From Macrostomum lignano (lineage: Eukaryota), in contig NIVC01004071.1 in NCBI GenBank assembly GCA_002269645.1, forward strand, positions 1 to 61,788: 61,788 nucleotides of DNA, given 5' to 3'. The translations under genes were made by a program, and so were the position numbers. Under the pieces are notes generated by a model. That model ran no database searches and was not told the origin of the DNA. It was given only the letters and a program-made list of their open reading frames with translations. Shown here piece after piece: positions 12,859 to 26,000 of this stretch (positions are counted from its first letter, which is position 1; each line of letters begins with the position of its first letter).

Positions 12859-12864
12859 TATAAA
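12859..12864 (+). promoter_or_regulatory. TATA box of alpha-tubulin
   Basis: TATAAA about 140 bp upstream of the ATG exon; CCAAT near 12769. Confidence 0.55.
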
Positions 12865-13000
12865 TTGGAGCCAACGCCCAGTGCGAGAGGCTCTGTATCG
12901 GCAAGCAGTGTCTCTTATAGACAGCTAACTGCTCTATTTGCAAAGTTTCAACTTTACTTTCTCTGCGATCTACTTCTACTAAGGCTATTTAGCAGCAAAA

Positions 13001-14660
<1,660 letters not shown>

Positions 14661-15095
14661 GCTGCTGCTGCTGGCCTGCCCCGATTGCAGAGCTGTGAAG
14701 TTTTGATTCCCGAATGAACTCGGAAATTCCAACTGGACAAACCCCAGTAGTGATTGACAGCCGCGACCCCGTTGGGCCTTTCGGGCTGTTCTGATTGATG
14801 ACTCATCAGTGACAGAATTCCAGTGAGAATAAATTGATTAGAAAATCGATGGTGTAACATCAGGAATCGCTCAACACCTTTTTGAATCAATAATTCGTGG
14901 CTTTTTGAACTCATTTTTCATTATAACAAGTTGAAATTAATGCCCGTTGCCATGGATACCCGTGGGAAAGGCAGACCAGCTCAGCGGTGAGCGACTCGCA
15001 CAACGCGACCCCTAGCTGATTCGATACCGCATTCATTTGGGGCTTGTCCTAAACCTGAAAATCCTGTATGCTGTACCTGAAAATCATAAAAATGC

Positions 15096-15216
15096 ATGGC
15101 ACAGCTCGAATATTTGATTTTATGAATCTATTTTATCATCTCTGTTACACACAGTTACACAGTCAGCTAAGAATGATTAAATAGATTCATAAAACCATTG
15201 AGCCGAGCTGTGCCAT
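15096..15216. mobile_element. ~120-bp hairpin element
   Basis: ATGGCACAGCTCG / CGAGCTGTGCCAT termini plus inner TTTTATGAATCTATT / AATAGATTCATAAAA. Confidence 0.6.
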
Positions 15217-15922
15217 TTTAATAGTTTTTAATAGAAGAATAGAATAAAAAATTGACATAGAATTCTTATTTTCTGAACGAAAGGCTTTCTGAACATCAAT
15301 AGAGCTATAAGAAAGGCAAGGAATATCAAAAATGAACACTGGGTCTGCCTCCTATCGAAAGCAGTAACAATTTTAATATGAAAAACTGAAAAGTTCCTAT
15401 CTCCATTGGTGTATTTTTCGGCGAAAACCAGCCTCATTAACATTTTCTAAGAAATGTAGTTTCTCGTTTTCAGGGCTGTATTCCAATAGCAGCTTTTACT
15501 TAGCAAGCCAAGCTTTCAGTCAATATTGCAATATTTCATGTGAAAGAAGAGATTCGAGCACAGGAAGTCACTGAATTTCATTTGACTTTGTGTCATGTTT
15601 ATCTTATCTCAGCGAATACGTAGGCTAGCAAAATGTAAGTCGCGTGTTTGGCATTGCAAATTAGCTGTTATATGCAGAATCTGCGAAGAAATTCGCCAGT
15701 AATGATTACAGCTAGAGGTTACATGTACAACTGCGGTCGTTGCAGTGCCTGGTCTTGCCAACCCGATATTGTCCTTGGAAACGTGTGAAAACATGCAGAA
15801 TTAGCTGATAAGAACTTCAATAATTAAGGACGTCATGGACTTTCTATGCAGAGTTGCGGCTTGTCTGACAGCAAATAAGGCAAATAATCGAATTCGCTGA
15901 CAGACATCTTACAAGTACGGCG

Positions 15923-16598
15923 TGGCAGAGCGGGAACGGGGAGTGGCAGAGCAGGGATCAGGGATTGGCAGAGCGGGTATCAGGGATTGGCAGAGCGGGG
16001 ATCAGGGAGTGGCAGAGCGGGGATCAGGGAGTGGCAGAGCGGGGATCAGGGAGTGGCAGAGCGGGGATCAGGGAGTGGCAGAGCGGGGATCAGGGAGTGG
16101 CAGAGCGGGGATCAGGGAGTGGCAGAGCGGGGATCAGGGAGTGGCAGAGCGGGGATCAGGGAGTGGCAGAGCGGGGATCAGGGAGTGGCAGAGCGGGGAT
16201 CAGGGAGTGGCAGAGCGGGGATCAGGGAGTGGCAGAGCGGGGATCAGGGAGTGGCAGAGCGGAGATCAGGGAGTGGCAGAGCGGGGATCAGGGATTGGCA
16301 GAGCGGGGATCAGGGAGTGGCAGAGCGGGGATCAGGGAGTGGCAGAGCGGGGATCAGGGAGTGGCAGAGCAGGGATCAGGGAGTGGCAGAGCGGGGATCA
16401 GGGAGTGGCAGAGCGGGGATCAGGGAGTGGCAGAGCAGGGATCAGGGAGTGGCAGAGCAGGGATCAGGGAGTGGCAGAGCGTGGATCAGGGAGTGGCAGA
16501 GCGGGGATCAGGGAGTGGCAGAGCGTGGATCAGGGAGTGGCAGAGCGGGGATCAGGGAGTGGCAGAGCGTGGATCAGGGAGTGGCAGAGCAGGGATCA
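15923..16598. repeat. 22-bp G-rich minisatellite, ~30 copies
   Basis: Unit GGGAGTGGCAGAGCGGGGATCA. Confidence 0.95.
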
Positions 16599-16599
16599 A

Positions 16600-17969
16600 A
16601 TCGGCGAGCGTAACTCGGGTTGAAGCGTAGCAAAAAAGGCCAGGGAATCCAACGCAGTTCGACCTCATGCGTGTGCGGCACAGTTGCTCGAACTCTGAGA
16701 GCCGGGTGGTTTTTTATTTTTACCATTACGGAATCTGCATGCAGACCCGAGCTGTTGCCTGGACCTTAAAATAAAAAAATGAATAATAAGAATAAGCTGG
16801 TGAAGTACATTTTGCCTACAGTTTTGTAAATTGTAAATAAATAAATGTTTTTTTCTGGCAAAAGGCACTCTCGTGTACTTTTAATATTGATTAGCAAACT
16901 TTGGAATAAATTGAATGTTATTTTTGTGCCTGCGTTTACGGGAAATTCTAAATAAAAAGAAAAAACTTGAACAATGCTGTTCTGTACAGGAACGGTTTAT
17001 ACTGTAAGCAGCTACTATAAGTAGCCAGATTAAGGAATATTTTCGGAGACAAAGAAAAACGTATCAAAAAAATTGCGGCAACAAAAGGCGCGCCATGCAG
17101 ATAAAGAGCGTTTTTACAGGTGTGTATGAGTCTTGACAAGGATGTAAAAAAGAGGTACTCATGGGATGTTGGCCCCTAGACTGTGTGACCCACTTCAGCT
17201 CCTGATCTGTGGTGCTGGCCAATCGACTGTGTGACCAGCCTCAGTTCCTGGTGTGGTGCTGGCCCATCGACTGTGTGACCAGCCTCAGTTCCTGGTGTGG
17301 TGTTGGCCCATCGACTGTGTGACCAGCCTCAGTTCCTGGTGTGGTGTTGGCCCATCGACTGTGTGACCAGCCTCAGTTCCTGGTGTGGTGTTGGCCCATC
17401 GACTGTGTGACCAGCCTCAGTTCCTGGTGTGGTGTTGGCCCATCAGCCTCAGTTTCTGGTGGGGTGTTGGCCCATAGACTGTGTGACCAGCCTCAGTTCC
17501 TGATGTGGTGTTGGCCCATAGACTGTGTGACCAGCCTCAGTTCCTGATGTGGTGTTGGCCCGTAGGCTGTGTGACCAGCCTCAGTTCCTGATGTGGTGTT
17601 GGCCCGTAGGCTGTGTGACCAGCCTCAGTTCCTGATGTGGTGTTGGCCCGTAGGCTGTGTGACCAGCCTCAGTTCCTGATGTGGTGTTGGCCCATAGACT
17701 AGGGATCGACCCGCCTCAGTTCTTGATCGACCCCACCCGGTCCCGAGAATCACCCCAAGCGGAGTGCCTCGGAGTGCCGAGAATCACATCAAGCGGCAGG
17801 ATTGTCGAGGGCCTCGATCGTGCCCGAGCAGAGCGGCTCGAGTTGCGGCTGCCTTATACTATTACCAATTCTCACCTGCTTCCCATCGACATGAAATTCG
17901 GTGACAAAATGCTCGAACACAGCAGGCACGTAGATGTTGCAGCGCTTGCTGAACACCACCAGCAGACAG
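16600..17969 (-). pseudogene. Rho-family GTPase remnant (two decayed exons)
   Basis: 17876-17969 reads CLLVVFSKRCNIYVPAVFEHFVTEFHVDGKQ followed by GTGAG, similar to RhoA [33 protein letters not shown]. 16600-16663 begins AG|GTCGAACTG (VEL) with an indel-riddled match to LWDTAG..RLRPLSY. Confidence 0.6.
17165..17698. repeat. 44-bp minisatellite, ~12 copies
   Basis: Unit GTGGTGTTGGCCCATCGACTGTGTGACCAGCCTCAGTTCCTGGT with variants. Confidence 0.92.
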
Positions 17970-18409
17970 CTAATTGACAGCAAATTTTTTCACCTTGTTA
18001 TAAAGGTTATAAAAACAAAAAAGAAGGAAAATACGCACTCAAAACAATTTCCCCTTTTTGAAAAGTGGCTCTCTCTTTCCAACAGACATTTTTTCGGCTA
18101 ATGTGCTTCAATCGAAAGTTTATATTTGAATATCTTTACATTTAAGTTCCTTAGTCTTCCATCACATGCTTCCAATGGCATTACACAGCGCAGCGACATT
18201 CCGTGTGGCCTATTGAACTTTTCACGATGTTTTGATTTGCTTTAATGCGCAGCGGGGTGACCATCATGTCATTGCCGAAGACTCCAGGAGGGCTCCAGGT
18301 GCAAGGAAGCCGCTTGGCGCTGCCGTGGGCGCACAGATGTTCACATAGTTGCCCCTTTGACCCTCACCGCTTCAGCCAGCCAGCAGCCGTCGGGCCAATC
18401 ACCGAGAAG

Positions 18410-20153
18410 CTAAGCGGCAAGAGCTGCTCCGGTGTTGGCGACGCCGTCGGTCAGAAAAGCCGGCGGCAGCCGCGTCAGCGGCAAGCAGAGCCGCAGGTCG
18501 CGGCCGGTAATGAGGGCGCGGTGCTGTTAGGCCGGCAGCAGGGAGGCGAGAAGGGCGTGGTCGCCCCGGTTCGCATGCGCAAAGTCGTTGAGTACGGTGT
18601 GAGCTCAGGACCGAGCAACTGGAAGGAGCGGCAGGCAGAGTTCCCGGTCCTGCGGCTGCCCCACGGCGGACTACAAGACTTTGAATAGTGACTCGAACGC
18701 CGGGTTCGCTGCCGACCAGGTGTGGAGGCTCATCAGGAGAAGCTACTCGGCGGGCACCGGCAAGATGAGAATCAGCACCGCCGCGGTCCATTCTGTTGCT
18801 GCTGTCCCCCTGCTGTTGCGGGCCGCCTGCAACGAAGCCGCTGGCTGTCTTTGAACCATCAAAGCCACCGACATCTCCGCCGAAGTTGCCGGCAAATCGA
18901 GTGGCCGCGCTGTCGACTGACCCTTGCTTCTCGGCCTTCTCGGACAGCGGACTCCGGCAGCCGATGACGAGTTTGCCAAAGCCGATCGTCTCGATTGAAG
19001 CGGACGCGATCGTCAGCCCGCTCCCCTGCCGGCCGTCCGACTGAAGCGAGCGGAGGCGCCGGGCGCGGAGCTCAGCCACCGGCTGCAGCAGCAGGCGCAG
19101 GCAGCTACAGCAGGCGTAGCACAAGTGCCTGCCAGCAGCGGCAACTGCGCCAAGGCCCTGGCTGATCTGCAGCTTGTCGATGGCGGCGTGGAATGGCGCC
19201 GTTGGGCCGAGCCGGCTGGCGACGGCGGGAGATTCGGCGGCGAATCGGCGGGGTGCGATGACTCGCGCAGATGCCGTTGGGCGGAGGAGCAGCCGGTGGG
19301 AGGCGCAACGTTTCTTCACCGACCCCGGCAGGTCAGTGAGCTGGTGCAGGCCGCAGCTGCAGAGCTTCACGGCTTCACGGCGCAGTTGCAGCGCAGCGGC
19401 TTCAGCAACCTGCGGAAGCTGGGGAGCCGCGGGCAGCTGCAGCGCCAAGCAGCAGTGCAGCGGCGGCTGCGGCGGACGCTGGTGACAAAGCAGCGACTGC
19501 ACCGGAGGCCGGTGCTGCGTGGCAAACCAGCTGGCCAGGTTAGCGTCCAGGATGGCGCAGCCGATGACCGGGCGCTGGCCCTGGCGGCAGCGCGCTTGGC
19601 CCTGCCTCGGCAGCCGAGAATGTTCAGCAGCGCAGCTTGGCCACTCAGCTTTTGCCAGGCAGAGGGCCAGTAAGCAGTCTCGAGGCGCACGGTTCTCGGG
19701 TCGGGTCTCGTGGAACGCCGGCAACTCCTCGCTTTCCGGGCCGCCGGCCTGGCTGAGCCGCAGGCTGGCAGTCGAGGTGGCCGCGGTGCCAGCCCGGTCC
19801 GTCAGCGGCAGCTGCAAGCACAAGCTGAAATGCCGCCGGCTCTGCGGCCTCTGCCTGGCCACCAGGAGCTCGACGCAGATTTCGATGCCGCGATTGTCTT
19901 CGGATTGGCTCAGCCCGCGTCGGCGATGCCGGTGTCTTGGTAACGGCGGGTGCCTCTGGGCGTCGCCCCGCTGCAAGAGGCAGAGGCTGAGCAGCTGGCG
20001 CTCGCGCAGCCGCCGGGAGATGCTCCGTGATCTCCGAGTCACGGACGAGGCAGCTTTCGTGTGGCTCTGGTGCCGCCTTACTCGGCTGCCTCGGTGCGGG
20101 ACCTCGCCGCGCCAGCCCGGCATGAGCAGCTGCTCCATGCTGCCCTGCCACAT
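18410..20153 (-). CDS. GC-rich, Leu/Ala-rich intronless coding segment, possibly AP-5 complex subunit beta-1-like; interrupted by frameshifts and stops
   Basis: Coding-like composition. Remembered similarity to AP5B1 in colinear order: RERQLLSLCLL, LLALCLAKAE, ISQGLGAV, SVALMVQRQPA (vs AALMVQEAPA), AFESLFKVL, RALITGRDLRLCLPL. In-frame TAG (18743-45) and TAA (18527-29). Not confirmed by search. Confidence 0.4.
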
Positions 20154-20407
20154 GCTGGCTTGCAGCGATCAAGTGAGCTTCGATTCGAATCTTGAGCTGA
20201 GCAGAATTAAGTCTTCAATTGTAAAGTGCCGTACTAGCTAGTGCACACCAAGATGGTTCTGAGCCTAAATTTAGCCCCTGGTCTATGGCAGGAACAAATT
20301 AAGGAGGCAGTTGGTTTTCTAAAGTGTCTAAAAAATTAGAAGTTGGATGCATATCAACAGCAACAAACTACAGCAACCCTGGGCAAGCCAATTAAGTTGG
20401 GTTGCTG

Positions 20408-21299
20408 TCAAAATGCGCGCGCAAGCACAGATTTGCGCAGAGCAGCGAGTCCGCGGGGGTCAGAGATTTCAGCGTCTCTTAAAAGCAGGTCGACAAAACG
20501 CAGACTTCTCGCCTGACCAAGCCGCCGCGGCCCTTGAAGGATAAGCAGCAGCACGTCTTGAAGCGGCTCAGGGCAGTACTGCTCTGTCCGGATGACGTGG
20601 CCGGCCAGCTGTAGGCGCCGGATGTGCAGCAGCTGGCTGGGTCGGGAGAGCTGGGCCCGTCGGTATAACTCGTCATTGCTGGTGTTGGTGCTGGCGGTCG
20701 GCGAATAGTGGACACCGAAGGCGGCTCTCAGGAGTCCAGCGTGAGCGGCGTCGAGTTGCCGCTCCTGCGGGCCGGTCAGTGTCCACGTTTCAGCGTTGTA
20801 AAGGAGGACGGTTTCAATGACGGCCTGGAACAGCAGCCCTCTCAGCCGATCCGGCAGCGCGGGACTCTGCAGGACAGTCCGCACGGTGCGGAATGCGCCC
20901 CACGCAAGCACCCTGCGCCGTGCCGTGTCCTCCGTGATGCTTGGCACCAGACCGCCGAGGTAGACGAACTCTTTGCAGCGGGGCAGCAACGCCATCTGCC
21001 CGTTCGTGCAGCGGCAGTAGATCTCAGTCCGATCGCAGCGGCCGCGCCGCCGTCAGCTGGTCTAGCAGGCGTTGAGCTCCTTCAGCTGTGCTAGGCAGCA
21101 GCGCTAGATCGTCTGCGTACGCTAGGACGGAGTCGCTTCTCGGGGTGCCGCCTGCTTGTTCTGCGGCAGAGCAAGAATCCTTTGGAGTCGTCAGGGAGGC
21201 CAGTGCGCAGTACCCAGTGCAGGACCAGGAAGAACAGAAAAGGAGAGCCAAGATGTCCCCTTGGAGAACGCCGGAAGACGTGTCGAAGAAGACACACAA
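20408..21299 (-). mobile_element. 5'-truncated non-LTR retrotransposon (RTE-like), RT C-terminal half
   Basis: GVLQGD, YADD, FVYLG, LLYNAETWTL and RLQLAGHVIR motifs in two frames. Confidence 0.85.
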
Positions 21300-21302
21300 A
21301 TA

Positions 21303-21734
21303 CTGCTAGTGGTCCTAGGTGACTAGGGAAGTTTCAACAAAATTGCAAGCCCTTCTATCCAGGAATAGAGGAATAACATGGATTGCTCATCTGAAATAAT
21401 CAATGGTCAATTTGACTGATTAAAGTAAAAAATAATTCCCAGTAGGATTTGACTCGCTGGTGAGCTGCTGGGAATCCAATAATGCATCTCCAAAACAATT
21501 CAAATCCTACGGGGGATTATCTAGATATTTTTACTTTCATCAACGAATAGTTTTCCTACGGGGATAAATTTCAAGTTCAGATGAGCAATCCATGTTATTC
21601 CTTCATCCATGCTTCTATCTGGTGCATTATGTGGTGTGGAGTGTGTTTAGACAAGATAGTCTATGGTAAAAACAATACGACGTCTAAAGTAAAGCACGTA
21701 CGATGTCTATGGTAAAGCCAAGGACCACTAGCAG
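21303..21734. mobile_element. Foldback MITE with nested inverted repeats
   Basis: Outer CTGCTAGTGGTCCT / AGGACCACTAGCAG; inner CATGGATTGCTCATCTGAA (21378-96) / TTCAGATGAGCAATCCATG (21576-94) plus a further inner arm pair. Confidence 0.7.
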
Positions 21735-22694
21735 GTATATCAGGACGGTAAACTCAAAGATGGTGTGTTTTTGGAGGCTGATTTCCGGCAAAAATACACT
21801 GCGGAGATAGAAAAAATTCTTTTTTTTTCATCACAAAACCAATGATTGCACTTGATTAAGTTTTGTAAAGATTACCTTTTTTAATCTAGCATACTTAAAA
21901 ATGGTACTCTGCTGTATTTTATATAGAAATAAACAACTCTAGCCTATAGAGGCCCAGTAAAAATAGTCAGGCCCTATTTTTGCTTTGTGACTTAAGCTAG
22001 GTCTGGCTTAAAAAAACTGATATAACTTTCTAAAGACAATGGTCAACAACAATATAAAAAACTATATTGGTAAACATTGTCTATAGTGGCAACAACCGGT
22101 GTAAGTGTAAACAAATCTTATTGTTAATTCAGCTCCACTGCATGGCGCCCCAAATTCCCTACACAGGAAGTTAAAGTTGCATGATTGAGAACGAGCGGCT
22201 GCGAAGAAGCCAAACTCAGAGAAGTCAGCAAAACTGCTTTTTTGTTTTGGTCCGAACTGCTGAAACCCAAGAAGAGTTATCTCAGAGCCGGAAGAAAAAG
22301 CAAAATGTTACAGTTTTCGGCACGGAGTTCCGTCAGTCAGTAGTGTATTTAAGGCGGCAAGCGCGAGATTACAAAAAAGAGAATTTCGAAGTTCACTGAG
22401 GTCGGACTGGGAAAGAGTTTGAGGAGGCAGAAAAAAGCAAAAAAGGAACGGATGAGAGCAGCGCATGGATACGGGTACATTGTAGTAGTATAGCATAATA
22501 TTATTACATACTGTAGGGCTGACAACACCCATTTGCACTAGGAATACATCTGGCTAGACTGCGCCACTCGCCACAGCTTTCACGACCGACTCACTCACAG
22601 CCCAGCTTCACAGACAGCTGCTGCGATTCACGACCCATTCACAATTCCCCCGTGACAGACACCATGGCATGACAGACACCAAAGTTCACAGAAC

Positions 22695-23015
22695 ACCCAT
22701 TCACAGATCCTGCAGTTACCGACCATCCATTCACAGAATATCTTTTTACCAATTCTATATTCATAGAGTACCCATTCACAGATTCTGTATTTACAGAGTA
22801 CCCATTCACAGATTCTGTATTTACAGAGTACCCATTCACAGATTCTGTATTCACTGAGTACCCATTCACAGATTCTGTATTCACTGAGTACCCATTCACA
22901 GATTCTGTATTCACAGAGCACCCATTCACAGATTCTGTATTCACAGAGTACCCATTCACAGATTCTGTATTCACAGAGTACCCATTCACAGATTCTGTAT
23001 TCACAGAGTACTCAT
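22695..23015. repeat. 30-bp minisatellite just downstream of EEIG1 stop
   Basis: Unit CCCATTCACAGATTCTGTATTCACAGAGTA. Confidence 0.9.
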
Positions 23016-23053
23016 TCACAAACAGCTCCCAAGGAGAAGCGGATTGTCCCAGG

Positions 23054-26000
23054 TCAGCTGTCTGCCAGCTCCGCTCCAACCAGGATGCCCTCCCGCTCGA
23101 GCACCTCCTTCACAATCTGGAAGTTGTCGGTCCGCGTGTTGGCGATGCGGCTGCTGAGCTCCCTGGCGGGCGTCAGCGCGGCCTGTCAGCAGAAAAATGG
23201 ACGAAATCCGCTGGTCATACTACTGACAGTAAAATGACGAGTAGTAGGTGCATACGGATAAGCCGTGTGAAAACTAAATATACGAACTAAATTCATTCAT
23301 AATGGTAGTCCATTAGCTACCCTCCCCTGTCCATTAGCTACCCTCCCCTGTCCATTAGCTACCCTCCCCTGTCCATTAGCTACCCTCCCCTGTCCATTAG
23401 CTACCCTCCCCTGTCCATTAGCTACCCTCCCCTGTCCATTAGCTACCCTCCCCTGTCCATTAGCTACCCTCCCCTGTCCATTAGCTACCCTCCCCTGCCA
23501 TTATCCAAGCCCACCAGACTACTAACAGTAGTCTGTCCTGAAAACCGCCCACAGCCAAGACTTACGCGCCTCCGCTCCAGGCTGGACGACAAGGCGAGGT
23601 CAAACGAGGGCACGCTGGAAGACTGGCTGGAGTTGGAGGTGCTGAAATTGCGAATTGGTGGGGAGGGGGGGGCGCAAGGTCAGGCGTTTATTGAAATTGG
23701 AAAGCTTGAGAGACACCTGGCGGACTTGGCAACGACGCCAATCGTCCCAGGCCCGACTGGAAACGCGGGCCAGCAGCACTGAAGAATAAAGCAATGCATG
23801 CGCTGGCGAGGGCCTCTTTAATTACATTTTAGTGCGCTGTTCACTCACTCACTCTTCACACCTATTCACCCACATGCTTTTAGTGGCATTGGCTGCTATT
23901 CAATAGCACACACTCCCACCTGTATTCACACCCACCTCTGCATTCACACACCCACCTCTGCATTCACACACACATATCTGCATTCACACCCACATATCTG
24001 CATTCACACCCACTCTTGCTTTCACATTCACACCCACATATCTGCATTCACACCCACTCTTGCTTTCACATTCACACCCACATATCTGCATTCACACCCA
24101 CTCTTGCTTTCACATTCACACCCACATATCTGCATTCACACCATATTATTCACACCACATATCTGCATTCACACACACACCTCTGCATTCACACCCACAT
24201 ATCTGCATTCACACCATATTATTCACACCACATATCTGCATTCACACCATATTATTCACACCACATATCTGCATTCACACCAGATTATTCACACCACATA
24301 TCTGCATTCACACCAGATTATTCACACCACATATCTGCATTCACACCAGATTATTCACACCACATATCTGCATTCACACCAGATTATTCACACCACATAT
24401 CTGCATTCACACCAGATTATTCACACCACATATCTGCATTCACACCAGATTATTCACACCACATATTTGCATTCACACCAGATTATTCACACCACATATC
24501 TGCATTCACACCAGATTATTCACACCACATATCTGCATTCACACCAGATTATTCACACCACATATCTGCATTCACACCAGATTATTCACACCACATATCT
24601 GCATTCACACCAGATTATTCACACCACATATCTGCATTCACACCATATTATTCACACCATATATCTGCATTCACACCACATTATTCACACCACATATCTG
24701 CATTCACACCACATTATTCACACCCACATATCTGCATTCACACCACATTATTCACACCACATATCTGCATTCACACCACACCATATAAATCATATTATCA
24801 GAAAAGCCAGAATTGTACTTTAAAGCCTGCAGTCGGTAAACATTGCTAAATAAAATAACTGACGGGTCGCATTACACCCAATGCGTGCGCAATACACGGC
24901 TCTGCATGGAATGTTTTAGTAAAGAAAAGTACGCAGAAAGGTGAAAGCCCACCTGCGCTACCTCACTCTGGCATTGCACGCGCTGGCAGAGCCCCCCCCC
25001 CACAACAAAACACACAGCTTAGCGGCCACCCTCACTCCCCTGTTTGCCAAGCCCGGGGCTTCCTCACGCGGGGACCGCCTTCCTATTATTTTCATATTTT
25101 TCCTGTCGGTTGCCGCTGGCTTGCGGCCAGATCGATCTAGCGGGAGAGGGGGCGGTCAGTCAGTCATGCGGAGGCGCCATTGATCTCAGGGCAGCGCGTG
25201 GAACCGGTCGGGAAAGTCAATGGGAAACTGGCTGGGGGTTTCCAGTCAGAAGGGTGACAGAGGGAACTTTAATCTTGTGACAGCCAGTGAAAGCAGCGGG
25301 ACTATGCCTGCACTGGGGAACTGAGTTTTGGCTGGCTGCTCAGCCTGAGGATCTGGGAGGCTGGCTGCTCAGCCTGAGGATCTGGGAGGCTGGCTGCTCA
25401 GCCTGAGAATCTGGGAGTCTGGCTGCTCAGCCTGAGGATCTGGGAGGCTGGCTGCTCAGCCTGAGGATCTGGGAGTCTGGCTGCTCAGCCTGAGGATCTG
25501 GGAGTCTGGCTGCTCAGCCTGAGGATCTGGGAGTCTGGCTGCTCAGCCTGAGGATCTGGGAGGCTGGCTGCTCAGCCTGAGGATCTGGGAGTCTGGCTGC
25601 TCAGCCTGAGGATCTGGGAGGCTGGCTGCTCAGCCTGAGGATCTGGGAGGCTGGCTGCTCAGCCTGTGGATCTGGGAGGCTGGCTGCTCAGCCTGAGGAT
25701 CTGGGAGTCTGGCTGCTCAGCCTGAGGATCTGGGAGTCTGGCTGCTCAGCCTGAGGATCTGGAAGTCTGGCTGCTCAGCCTGAGGATCTGGGAAGTTGAG
25801 ACAAAAACAGCTAGGCAGCATCAGTTTGAGCTCACATCACGGCCTCCTGCTCCAGACTGTTGGTTCTGCTGTGGGTCCGCACCGAGCAGGCGGAGAAATT
25901 CGATGCGTTCCGTCTGTGGCCGAGGCCGCCGCCGCCCAGGGTGCCGAGGGCTGCTGAGGAGGCGGAGGCGGACGTGAGGACGGGCGCCGCGCTGTCTGGC

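Noticed and set aside
15922-16630. Long repetitive ORFs in arrays (also 24016-24849, 26179-27456, 44545-46007, 51210-52854, 53208-53813)
   Set aside because: Translations of intronic tandem repeats that lack stops; no evidence they are coding.
22639-23079. ORF with (NGYSVNTESV)n overlapping the EEIG1 last exon in another frame
   Set aside because: A 30-bp repeat is open by chance; the family-like frame ends at 23054.
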